Shown in pieces: positions 25,560-38,053 of a stretch of 64,000 nt of DNA. The position numbers were made by a program, and so were the translations under genes. The notes beneath the pieces were generated by a model. It did no database searches. It worked only from the letters and a program-made list of their open reading frames with translations, and was not told the DNA's origin. The stretch is from Okamejei kenojei (taxonomy: Eukaryota): contig CM069174.1 of NCBI GenBank assembly GCA_035221665.1, positions 8,804,001 through 8,868,000 of the forward strand, in the 5' to 3' direction. Every line of letters begins with the position of its first letter. Position 1 is the first letter of the stretch.

Positions 25560-25785
25560 GACACAAAATGCTGGAGTAACTCAGCGGGACAGGCAGGAAG
25601 TTAGTTGTTTCTCTAAATACTGCGGAATACTGCAGAGGGAGTCAAAACCAATTGTAGTTTCAGTTGAAACAGTGCCCGGCTCTCAGTCTGAAGATGTTTC
25701 TTGACCCGAAACATCACCTATTCCTTCTCCCCAGAGATGCTGCCTGACCCGCTGAGTTACTCCAGCATTTTTTGTCTATCTTCAA
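25560..25785. mobile_element. Palindromic Penelope-derived element
   Basis: Inverted arms gacacaaaatgctggagtaactcagcggg ... cccgctgagttactccagcattttttgtc. Confidence 0.7.
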
Positions 25786-26299
25786 TAATTAGACCTTGCT
25801 GTGTAGATCTAACTCAGAAGGCATTTGATAATGTCAGTAATTCTTGACTTATTTTTATGTTCATAAATTCATAAATGTATGTTCCCTTTTATTATGGAAT
25901 AAACTTCCTATATTAACATGTCATACTGTAACAACATCTTCATCACAATTTGTTAAAAATCACAACTCTTTCAGTAGCAGTAGGGTGGGGAGGAGTGGCT
26001 ACAATTACCCCTTGACGCTTACATAGGCAGTTTCTGCATTGATTAATCTCGGCTATGATTCAGTGGTGGTTGGCAGACAGGATTGTCCATTCAAATCTCA
26101 CTGCAAAAATCTGGCTTTACAGTCCACAATAGTGCTCAGGAAGTGTTGCATTGTTGGGGATGCCGTCTTTCAGATGGCATCCTATGCTACCTCAACTCCT
26201 TGCCTATTCTCTCAAGTGGATGCAAAAGATTCTGTGGTGCTGCTTCTAAGAAGAGCAAGAGAGTTCTCCCCAGTGTCCTGTTTAACAACTATCCTCAAG

Positions 26300-26520
26300 T
26301 TAAAAACAAACTGCTGGAGTAACTCAGCATGTCAAGCGGCATCTGTGGAGGGAATTGATATGCGATGTTTCAGGTCAGGACCATTTCTTAGTATGAAGAA
26401 GGGTCCCGACCTGAGTTGTTGCTGATCCATTCCCTCCACATATGCTGCCTGACCCACAGGGTTCCTCCAGCTCTTTGTGTTTTGCTCAAGACTCTTACAT
26501 GTGCAGCTCCTTTTGTTTCT
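26300..26520. mobile_element. Palindromic Penelope-derived element (older subfamily)
   Basis: gctggagtaactcagc...gaagaagggtcccgacc...gggttcctccagc. Confidence 0.65.
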
Positions 26521-29448
26521 ACTGTCTTTAAGTTAACATCATTGGAACAGATTATCTTTTCATTTGTGGGAGATCTCTACCTTTCATTGGGATAGCAGAT
26601 AGGTGCACTGCTCTCAGATCTGAATGCCCTAAAATTATCAGTGTGAGCAAGAGCAGCCAGCCAGTCAAATAATACTACCAAACCTATTATTTTTATCCTC
26701 GTTTTCCAATCTCTCTATAATCTCACTCCTTCCTGTTTTTGTACCCCCTTCTAGCTTTAAAACCCCCAAATCTCCAACTCTGGTGTCATGACCTTCTCCA
26801 AAGCTATTTACTCCACCACTGGTGATCGTGCCTTCAGCCGGCCGGGCCCGAGTTCTGTAATTCCCTCCCCCAACCTTTCCACTTCTTTCCCCTCTTTAAA
26901 ACATTCCAAGCTGACCAAGCTTTTGTTCACTTATCGCAATATTCCGCATGAGATTCAATGTCGAATTATGTTTGATAATCAATTATAGGCTGCAACCTGG
27001 GGTGTGTTTTCTACAGGAGGTACAGAAATATAAGCTATGTTTGAAGCACCTAAGATCTTTCACCTAATAGTATTACCCAGGCACGGCACTTCTATACCAT
27101 ATTGATACTGCAGGTACCAATCTGAAACTTATGTCTAAAGAACAGTCTCGACTCAAAATGTCACCCATTCCTTCTCTCCAGAGATGTTGCCGGTCCCGCT
27201 GAGTTACTCCAGCACTTTGTATCTATTTATTGTAGGTGACACAAGTATGCCAGCATGCCAAGCATAGAACTATCACACCGTTTCCAGCTTCTACTCTGCT
27301 GCTAGATAGCACTGATACGACAAAGTCCTCACCCAGGCGGAAAAAGATTCCCATGCCTTGTTTAGCATTAAAGTGCTCAAACAGAGCAAGTTGGCTTCAC
27401 ATCTGCTTCGGTAAGGGAAAAGCCTCCTATCCAAGCAACAGCACAATACAGTTGGCCTATTCTGGAGCAGAGCAGGACCCACTTATACACCTCAACCAAA
27501 GTACACATTCCTGTACTCCACAGGCAAACAAACCACAGTGAAAGACGGCAGCACACTGGCACAGGCTTGACGTGCGAGGTCTCGCCCTAGGCACCCGGAA
27601 ACATGGATAAATAGCCACAGGGATTCCGAATTCTCTGCGCCGATGGGAAAGTGCATCTCCTTGCTCCTCCCCTCATGTAACTACTGATGGTTAAGAGACT
27701 CCAATACTTCTATGTGGCCATCCTCCAAGGGAGGGGATTGGATGGTGTGTGTTGGCAGGCACAGCAGCAAGCCTGGTATACCTCTAATGCCACACTGGCC
27801 ACAATCCTGACCTGGCTACACTCGGACCAACCCACTTTTCCAATGCTGACAAGGAGATGCTTAAACCGTGGTTTAACAATGGAGTCTTAGTGACACAGCA
27901 CGTGGTTGAGGAGGAGGTGGGGCACAGAGGAGCAAGTCACAGTCATGCAGAGACATAGCACGGAAACAGGCCTTTCAGCCCACTGAACCTGTGCTGGCCA
28001 TCAAGCATCAATTTTTACACCAAACTAATTTTAGTCTCCCCACATTCCCATCAACTATTCTCCACCCTTTGATTCTCTAACTCACCTACACACTGGAGGA
28101 ATTTTCAGAGGTGAATTAACCAAACAACCTGCTGTCTTTGGGACGTGGGTGGAAAGCGAAACACTCGGATGAAACAAGTGGTCACAGGAAAACTCGTGGT
28201 CACAACAAATGTCCATCACCAGTTTTGAGCTGTGTGGTTCATTGTCTTTCCCTTCCCGTCTCCACCCCACCTACTTTGCAACATTTTCCCCCTTCATCAG
28301 AGGGTTCCAAGGGTTAAACTCCACAATCCATTGCAGCTGGATGGGGCCCGTTTTAATCCAAGTCTTTTGACTCTTTTGCTCTGCCTTTTCAGCAGTACTC
28401 GGCCTTCAAAAGGTCAGATTCCACAGGCCCCTCAAACTGCCATAGCTAATGGCAGTATAATCAGGGTCTTTATTCAGAAACAATGGTCTTCATACAGGGA
28501 GAAACCAGAGGTAGCCCTTTGTGAATTGGCACATCGGACAAACCCGGCTTTGTCAGGCTTTGAGGGCGAATACTTTATCAGCCTCCAACTTATCTACTCT
28601 GCTTCTGAGGAGAGGAGCCATAATCTCTGACCACTTGGCAAAGTTGGACAGAGTCACCCGCAGGCATTTTCTGGATTCAACAATTAAACAATTCACAGTG
28701 TAGTGTGCAAGCTACTTAACACAATTGTCCTGGCACACAGCAGCTGTTAACGCTATTCTGTGCCTTCCCCTGGCTCCACGTTCAGATCTTAGCCACATCT
28801 ATATCAATTGACTGGAAATGTTTAATTTTCCTGTTACACAAATATTCCCCTAGTTCTGGTTCGTAGATGCATCAAATAAGCAACTGTGCAAGACATGAAG
28901 GTAAACATGGAATATTTGTTAGTTTCATCTCCTACTCCTCAACGTCTACAATTTCCTCCAAGAATCCAGCCTGACCATTGTGCTGATGTGATGATGGCTA
29001 CATTCATTAACCAAGCTGAAACGGACCCTCTGTTCTGAGCCACATCATGACAACCAATTGTTCAGCAGTGAACAGTGTGCTGAAGTCTCCTGATCCAAAA
29101 CATCAGTAAGTGGAACTGAAGTCCAAACAAGCAGGAGTGCGCAACAATCTGGGCAACAGCACCCACCCTCCCCATCAGGCAACTCCTGTGTCACCTGCAC
29201 AGTCAGTGAGTCCCACTTTGACCTGATCTGATACCTCTGAACCCTGGAATTGGGCAGTCCAAGAAGACAAAGAACTAAGCTTGCAGTCAGACGGTGCAGT
29301 ACAGATCAATGAAGGCCTCACATGTTGCCCACCTTCTATACCAAATATTTGCCCAACAATGTTACTTACTAACCCGCACAATTCTGGGATGTTGAAGGAA
29401 ACTGGGGTACCCAAGCGAAACCTACACAAGTCACAGAGAGAACGAAAA

Positions 29449-29665
29449 TAGACACAAAGTGCTGGAGTAACTCAGCGGGTCAGACAGCATCTCTGGAGAA
29501 CATGGATACGTGTCTTTTCAGGTTGGGATTCGGGTTTGTTTCGGATCAGGTCCCAATCCGAAACACCACCTATCCATGTTCTCCAGGAATGTTGCCTAAC
29601 CCACTGAGTTACTCCTGCACTTTGTGTCTTTTTCTTTGTAAACCAGCATCTGCAGTTACTTGTTT
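29449..29665. mobile_element. Palindromic Penelope-derived element inserted into a V-SINE
   Basis: Inverted arms of about 70 bp. V-SINE sequence continues on both sides. Confidence 0.7.
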
Positions 29666-31454
29666 GTACAAACTTCACACAGACAGCACCAGAGACCCGC
29701 TATGTTCCTCCGTCATTTTGTTTTTTGCTCAAGACTTTTTGAACTCGATTCTCAAGTTTGTAATTACTTTTCCAGTCACTTAACCCACTACATTCCACAC
29801 CAGTGTAGCGCCACAATATAAAGCCATACATAAAATGATTTAATTTCCTCCTTGAAACTAAACCTTAAACCAAAGAAAATGTATGCTCTTATTTGATATG
29901 TATCCAAAACCTGACAATGTGGTTTTATCCAATGTGCTTGCAAAACCTGTGACAGAGTTGGCTTCCTTTTTTGTGCTGTTTATGAAATAGTTGACAGATA
30001 ACTCATTAGAAGAATTTATGAGGTCCAACAATGCCGGCTATTGAGATAAAAAGGCCTCATTACCATCTCACTTCTTACACCCAGGCCGCCAAAACATTTG
30101 AAAGTTTAAATTGGGACCACTGATCATTAACAAGTGATAAATAGTGAAAGAGGGAGAACAAAAAGATGCAAGACCACAATTTCCTGTGCCCAAAGGCTGC
30201 ACTGTAGAGCGGAAAGAAACTGGTTTGGAAGCAGAAATAGCTGAAGCCACCAGCAAAAAGGAGACAGCATTGGAGGAACAATGGAAATCTGTGAACAAGG
30301 GAGCATTTAAACAAAGAGTCTTGCTATTCAACCACCATCACAGTGGCCGAGTCTAGTCAAAAAAGGAGCTAATATTGAAGCTAAGGAATGATTTAGATCT
30401 CCAATATCAACACCAATACAGTTCAGTAAGACAGGCCAGGCACAAAAGGAAAATTGAGCTTGTCCACACTAGCTCTTACTTTAAGGAGATCCCCTAAAAC
30501 ACAGCATACAATCGGGCATTTCTCTTTGTGTATGACACTGCAAAGCCTCCAGGTGTGACATTGGCAAAACTTGCACCATCGTGTACAGTTCTATAGGCAT
30601 ATAAAGGTCAAACCTGCTCATGTCACCTCAAACTTTACAAGTCGTCAGAGACAGGTCCTTCTCCCAGCAGTCTGGGCTGGATTCAAACCTAGGATTTCTG
30701 TTGCTGTTACTTAAAGTGGAAATAAAAGTACAGTTTTTGATCAAAATAGTGTCAGTTATCATCTTACAAAAGGAAGTCTACTTGTTCTAAGTGCAATGGT
30801 TACTCTCAGCATGAATATTATATTGTGTCCATTTATTTATTCTATTGTGGAAACGCCTTTGTGACTTTGCACTTGCTGTCGACATGACTCTCTCCGTGAC
30901 TCTCTACAACCCTACAAGATTTCTGTGCTCCCACAATTCAGGCCACTAGCTCATCCCTCGACTTTGGTTCTTCCACCACTAACAGCCATCTCTGGAATTC
31001 CCTTTTTAAACCTTTTCCCCTCAGTTTCCTCCATTACAGAGCTCCTTAAAACCTGCCCCATAACCAACCCTTTGGTTACCCACTCTATTATTTCCTCACG
31101 TGGGTCAGAGTCAGTTTTAGTCAGTAAGCAGTGGCGATTCACCCAGATATTCCAAGATTCAAATTCTGGAGCAGGGTTTAGAGGCAACATCTTGACTTGG
31201 AGGAGAACGTGCTAATATTTATCACTTGATCAAGGTTGACTTTCATCAGAATCTCATGACTTTACTTGCTTTAGCAAAGAAGGGAAATTAAAGATAATTT
31301 ATTCCATTAAGTCTACTGCATCCACAACCCTTGTAAAATGTAATCCATTCCTCAACTTAACCCCACTTCCATGATGAGAAGGAGAGCGATGCATTGCTTC
31401 TCCCTATGACATATTAACTCTAGGGCTGCAGCTAGTCAAATCTCCGAAATGATG

Positions 31455-31850
31455 GCCCAGTGGCAGTGCTCTCACCTTGAAGTCAAAGGTTGTGGGTTTG
31501 AATCCCACTCCCGAGATTCAAGCATAAAAATCTCAGCTGACACTTCAGCGAAGCACTGAGGAATGACTGCAACGCTGGAAGGGCAGTGCCGAGGGAGTAC
31601 CACATCATCAGCAAGCCAAGAAGATGAGATGTTAAACCAAGGTGCTCTGCAAAATGCAGGGGAATTTCCAGACTGTGCTAGCCTATGATTTAAACCTCAA
31701 TTAACAATCATGAAACAGGTAATTTGGAAATTAGCATATTGCTGTCTGTGGGAGATTGCTGTGCTCAGCCTGGCTACATTACAACGGTGATTATACATGA
31801 TTAGTTGTGATGTGACCTTAAAAAGTGAAAAGTGTGACAAATGAAAGTCT
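31455..31850 (+). mobile_element. Deu-domain SINE (SacSINE1-like); related copies lie at ~8555-8720, 19820-20340, 23080-23270 and 26060-26300
   Basis: tRNA-like head ggttgtgggtttgaatcccactcc, core gagatgttaaaccaagg and gctgtctgtgggagattgctgtgc. Confidence 0.6.
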
Positions 31851-33377
31851 TTTTTTTCTGTTTTACTGTGCACAGAGCTTCCAACAAATGATACTCACTG
31901 CCATTCTTCAAATTGCTCAGAAATATTTATGCCCCTCAGAGCATTCATTGGTCTAACTCTACACATCTGGACAATTAATTCCATCCTAAATCTGCTGTTT
32001 CATTTCAGGACTTGATTTGCTAGATTGAACCCACACTTAAGGCACACGGTGTGTTGCAGAGAGCAGAGACAAAAATCCTTTGATCTCTATTGAGATGCTG
32101 TCTAATTGATCTAATTGAAGCAGCCCAGAGAAATGGGCAGCGATATGTTGAATTTATGGCTGTAAACTCATAGCATAAACAGAGTATAATTTATTGAATA
32201 ACGCAGGATATATGGCATGGTCCATTTGGCCCAACCAGTCTATGGTGGTGTTCATGCTCCACTTGAGCATCTTTCTTTATCTAAATCTCTCAACTTTCCC
32301 TTATTTCCTTCCCCCTCAAATGGTTGTTCAGTCTCCCTTTCAATGCATATGTACCTCAACCACTGTGACCGAGTTCCACCTTCTAACTACTCTTAGGATA
32401 AGGTGAATGTCCTATTGTGTTTCATTGTACACGAGACCCATGAGTGTCATTCATGGGAACAACATGGGAAGTTGAAAGCTTACATCAGTACAACAGGCGT
32501 GCTCAGATGTAGGAGTTCCCACTTCACTAGAGCAGTGTTGGAGGAAGCGCTTATTTCATTGAGATGCTCTGATTGTGCTATACCTTACCTGGTAGTGTCC
32601 CCAAAGCTCGAAGGACAGCTCACCCAATTACTTTGTACAAGTTGGACACAGAGTACTGGAGTAATTTAGCAGATCAAATAGCTTCTATGGAGAACTTGGA
32701 TTTTGGGTCGGGACACTTGCAGAGATGCTGCTTGACCGGCCGACTTTGTGTCCTTTTATCAAAGCCACCATTTGCAGCTCCTTGTTCCTACCTTCAATAC
32801 TTTGTACGTGTCTTTCCCTCAATGTCCAAGTGACTTTCTGGGTTTACTGACCTGGCAAATGATCTTGTGGAAGAGGATGGGAGGGAAAGAATTAGCCTCT
32901 TGACTGCTGAGCCACAACGCATTGGTAACAAAATGGAAGGTTCGTTGTCAGTGCTGGGAAGACCTACTCCATAACGAAACACTGAGCAGGGGTGGAGATG
33001 TGTTGAAGTTGAAACAAATGGGCTGTTGGTGTTATGCTAATTGAGGCACAGTCATGACCCCATGCTGGCCTTTATTCTCCCTGACAGATCACACTGGGAG
33101 TTCTTCCCCCAGCCATGCACAGAATTCTCAATTGTCTTTTTGTCTTTTTAGAAAAAAATCAGTCAGTGCAATCTGGATAAAAGGCAATTGGTCATACATG
33201 GTTGGCACTGTGTGACTCAATGGGCTTCATCATGTAGCCTATTGGAATCTGCAGTTCCGGTGCACACTCCCGGGAACAAAGAATGCCTCTTGGATACGAG
33301 GATGAAAGACTTGTTCTTTTGCCACACCGACTGCCACTTTAGTACGTCCTTGTAACTTACAAGTCTGAAGTCTGTAT

Positions 33378-33515
33378 GCCTATCTCCTTCGCTCCTTAGA
33401 TGCTGCTGCACCCGCTGAGTTTCTCCAGCTTTTTGTGTACCCTCTGAAGTCTGTATCATCAGTCTGAAGAAGGGTCAAAACGTCACCCGACCACATATTC
33501 CAGAGATGCAGCCTG
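33378..33515 (+). mobile_element. Two short Penelope-derived elements, the first with a 14-bp TSD
   Basis: tctgaagtctgtat occurs at 33364-33377 and 33443-33456. Confidence 0.7.
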
Positions 33516-34831
33516 AAAGCTCACAATTATCACTTTCCATCCTTCTCTCCTGATTCAAGAACATTGACAACACAAACTTGCCATTTAGCCCTTATGATCA
33601 GTCCCGGTTCTCTGCCCCGCTCTCCTTGACCAGTCCCATTCCTCTGCACCTCTATCCTTCTTCACCACTCCCCCCCCCCCCCCCCCCCCACCCCCTCTTT
33701 AACCATAGACTCCTCCTGTGGAAGGGGATACTGTTCAACTATAAGCTCTCCGGTGTCTCAATCAAGTGAGAACTGGACAGTAAAGGGACAAGAGACTCTG
33801 AGTCTGGAGTGTATCACAACCGTTCCTCTCCTCGCCTGCTGCGAGTATGTGCGTAAGAATTTTCCAATGGTGAAGGGTGGTGGCGTTTGTTTCCCGGGCC
33901 GGTGAAAAGGTGGGTTTGCCCTTCCACCAACTCCCGAGAGAAGCGAGGAAACTGACTCAACACCGACCCGGACTGGAACCCGAGAAGAGACAATATCAGG
34001 CAATACCAGACAATACCAATCATCCGCAAAGCGTTACACCACTCAGAATGAGAGCCACACTCGTTCATCTGGATTATTCATACAGTCTGCGTACTGTAGA
34101 TTATAAACACTGATGCGACATGCAGTTTGCAAAACTGGTAGACACCATTTCTTCACATGTAAGGGTGCAGAAATTTTAACTTCAGGGTCGAAGGGTGAGT
34201 CACGTTCAGTACAAAACACCATTGTGATTTCACGGCAACAGACGTGCCGCAAGAACGATCTGCTTTCAGTCACTCCGGTGTCATGAGGCCTTCCCAGACA
34301 ATAAACTCAGTGTAACGGTCGGGGAGATATCCACACCACAGTGTATTGTGGGCTCTTGGCTAATACCTATCACAGATGCCCGGCATCTTAACGGGAAAGC
34401 AGTCTGAAGAAAAGCGTCCGCTCAGACAGACTGATACAGCTAGAAAACGCATTGGTGACGAAACATTGAAGCATAAACTGCATTGTATCCTGCCCAGTTC
34501 ATCTGTCCACACCATCTCAGTGAGCCAACAAAGCAGGAGAGCCGGCTCAGAAACCAGTTATTTTCCCACTCGACATTTCCCATCACTTCAAAAGTGAGTA
34601 TGTAATCGGAGAAGGAAACAAAATTGCACATGCTGGAAATATAAAATTAAAAACAATGAACTCTAGAAATTCTCAGCGTGGGTGAAGGGAGGAATAAGAT
34701 CCAGACTTCTGAGCCAAACACAAACATTCTCGCTGCATGCACCGTCTCCTCTCATTCTTCCATATCGTCTGGAGAATACAGTCCCAGTTCACTCAATCTC
34801 TCCTCATGTGGCAAACCCACCATTCCTGGAT

Positions 34832-35040
34832 AGGTACAAAGTGCTGGAGTGACTCAGCGGATCAGGCAGCATCTCTGGAGAAAAAAGAAAGGTGATGTTT
34901 TGGGTCGGGACCCTTCTTCAGTCTCACCCGACTCAAAACGTCACCTATCCATGTTCTCCAGAGACATGCCTAACCCGCTGAGTAACTCCAGTATTTTGTG
35001 TCTGCCTTTGGTATAAACCAGCACCTGCAGATCCTTGTTT
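34832..35040. mobile_element. Palindromic Penelope-derived element inside a CR1 fragment
   Basis: Inverted arms. The flank ccaccattcctgga is repeated on both sides. Confidence 0.7.
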
Positions 35041-35334
35041 CCACCATTCCTGGAATTAGTCTGGTAAATCTTTGCTGCTGTCACTCTATGACTGATATAT
35101 CCTTTCTTCGGTAAGGAGACCAGAACTCTACATGATACCCCAGGTAATAATCTCACTTGGGCACCTTCTCCTTCTAGTGGTCCACAGCAATTTGTTCTCC
35201 TTATTTATTCATTCATTTTCCAAGCCCAGGGCTTCAAGGGCATTATTGAGCATTTACTTCTCTAACTGCCCTTGAACCCAGTGGCTTCCTAAGGTATTTC
35301 AGACGTGCATCTTGAGAAAGTCCCCTTTCTTTAG

Positions 35335-35670
35335 GTCTATTATTGTCACGTCTTAGAGATACAGTGAAAAGCTGTGTTCTGCATGCTCTCCATACAGGTC
35401 AGATAATGCTATACATAAATACAATCGTCAAACTCAATTACAACAGGCAGAGCAAAGGGGAAGATACAGGGTGTAGTATCATTCTCAGCATTGTAGCGCA
35501 TCAGTTCCAGAGACAAAGTCCAATGTCCACAATGGGGTAGAGGTGAATGGAACAGTACCCTAGCTTATGGAAGACCTGTTCAGAAGCCTGATAACAGAAG
35601 GGAAGAAGCTGTTCCTGAGTCCAGTTGTGCATGCTTTCAAGCTTCTGTATCTTCTGCCGGTTGGGAGCAG
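35335..35670 (-). mobile_element. L2/Rex-type LINE 3' fragment
   Basis: LLPTGRRYRSLKACTTGLRNSFFPSVIRLLN in ORF 35560-35745, and a tgacaataata tail. Confidence 0.7.
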
Positions 35671-35704
35671 GGATGCTGAATAGAACTCACTATCGGCCAA
35701 GGAA

Positions 35705-36055
35705 AGACACAAAATGCTGGAGTAACTCAGCGGGTCAGGCAACATCCCTGGAGAACATGGATAGGTGACGTTTCACAGAGTGCTGGAGTAACTCAGCGGG
35801 TCAGGCAACATCCCTGGAGAACATGGATAGGTGACGTTTCACAGAGTGCTGGAGTAACTCAGCGGGTCAGGCAGCATCTGTGGAGAACATGGATAGGTGA
35901 TGTTTTGGGTCAGGACACTTCTTTGGTCTAAAGAAGGTTTCTGACCAAAAACGTCGCTTATCCATGTTCTCCAGGGATGCTGCCGGACACGTTGAGTTAC
36001 TCCAGCACTCTGTCTTTCCTTTGTAAACCAGTATCTGCGGTTCCTTGTTTCTACA
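35705..36055. mobile_element. Penelope-derived element with 3 tandem 66-bp arm copies and an inverted arm
   Basis: Units start at 35715, 35781 and 35847. The inverted arm lies at about 35940-36010. Confidence 0.8.
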
Positions 36056-37917
36056 TTCCTCACTATCGGCCACACTGGGCAAGAATAGCAGATATCCGCA
36101 CGAATCCAATACTTGTGGTCATCACCAATTAATTCTGGATTATTAACCAAATTTAAATTCCACAGCCGCTGTGGTCCGATTCAAACTCAGTCTCTGGATT
36201 GCCACTATCATACCCAGGGCAGCAGTGAAGGCACCAAGCAGCACCAGGCAATATCTTATGTCTATCTGAGAACACAGATGATTCCCCCCAGCTCAGATAG
36301 AGCAGCATTCCTTGGAGGGTGAGCCTTGAGTGAAATGTGAATTCATAATCCCTGAAACTCCAGCCCCTCAGAATTCAGTGGGAAAAAAAACTTGATTAAT
36401 TTACAGATTCTCTCCCATCTTTTGGTCATGCTGGAATAGTCCCTCATTAAGAAACCCTTTTGTATGTAGAGCTAGAAATCCAGGAGTTACAAAGTGAAAA
36501 ATGTGTTGACACAGACAGTGAGGTAATTTTGCACAGGTTTCTTGTCATTAAGACTGATTGGTAAGAGGTTGTTTTTCTGGCATTCAGATTGCTCAGATGA
36601 TGTCAACATTAATGCAACACCCAAAGTCCGCCTCCTCTGACATTTTCAACCAAAGTTGGGCTAAATAATGACAGGCATTGTTCACTCAGGAAAAAAAAAT
36701 CAGTTTTTTATAACGTTCAAACTGAATATTATTTTAAAAAAAATAATCAGTCATAGGCAGACTGCACCACATCGCTCAACATGCTCTCTCTCCCCTCACT
36801 CTACAGCCTGTTCTCCTTCAACACTGACCCTTCCTTCCATTTTAAAACACTTTGCTGCCATCAAAACTGCCATATACATACCCATCTTGTGCAAACTGTA
36901 TTAATGTCCTTACAGAGAGTAAGTTCCCATCTAGATGTATCCTTGAATTGGTATAAGGGTGTAAAAGAAGCCGACTCCCAAGGCACCCAGTCACCCTGAC
37001 TCTCGATTCCCTAGCCTCAGGAGCGCGCCAGGTCCCATCTTCAGATGTAAACCGCATCCCAGAGATCGCTGATCACTGCTGCATCAGGGACGTGACTGAC
37101 ACTCTCTACCAGAACAGACTACAAACACTTTTACTTTAGCCCACAGGAACAGGCTGACATGGAATTTGGTTCTTTGAAGGAAAATTCTCTGACCCTACGC
37201 CAAAGCATTATCCCGTCCCTTATTTTTGAAATACAATGAACTGAGGACATCACTCCTGTGGATGAGCTGACCCCCACCAGGATGACCCACTGCCCCAAAA
37301 TATTCCTGTCATTAAACCCAGGAACACACTCCCTGCCACCAGGGAGCAGCCAGCTATGCTGAAGTGATCGCTGCTCTTCAGTCACTTGAAGGGCGCTGGT
37401 GGCATTGACTACTGTACCTTTAAGAGTTGTCTGATGAGGTATGCGTCTAAGTGCTCGCAGCACCGAGAAATGTGATCAGAAAATTCTGCTGCTCCTGAGA
37501 CAGTCAAATGAGGGAGATAGAATGACGTTTTTCAACTGGTACTCGTGAACTTTGCAATCTTTGACGTACTTTTTAAAACAGCAACAAGAAGGCACAATAA
37601 TCATGTTTTAACATTTTAAAAAGCACAGAGGGCCATTTCTTATACGGATCTGTGATTAGATAGATGCTTGATACACAAGGGGTTGAAAGATTTCCATGAT
37701 AGGCAGGAATGCAGAGTTTAGGTCACAATCAGATCAGCCATGATCTTATCAAATGAAGCAGCGGGTAAAGGAGACGAGTGGCCTCCTCCTAAGTCGTATG
37801 GGGAACACAACAAAAGAAACGGAAGGAAGAGCTTAAAACCTTCAGAGGAGCTTCAGGGGTCAAAGGGTCTTGGGCACCCCCACCTCCCAGTGATCTAGGA
37901 GCTCAAGGTTAACCTGG

Positions 37918-38053
37918 GGTGGGAGATTGCAACCTTCACGTGGTCCGCCCTGTTTCAACGAATGCAATCAACCTGGCGTGCACAATCAAATACGATCAAA
38001 TAGAACAAGTTGTCCGACAACTTTAGGCTGTGCCCGCCACACGCAAGGAGAAG
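37918..38053 (+). mobile_element. Short retroposed element with GAA-type tail and 13-bp TSD
   Basis: aaggttaacctgg occurs at 37905-37917 and 38054-38066. Confidence 0.7.

Noticed and set aside
30144-30356. Charged, coiled-coil-like 70-aa ORF
   Set aside because: It is short, antisense in an intron and has no recognisable family or exon structure. It may be a decayed transposable element.
35715-35905. Regularly spaced repeats resembling a CRISPR array
   Set aside because: The DNA is eukaryotic, the units are head-to-tail with no unique spacers, and no cas genes are present.
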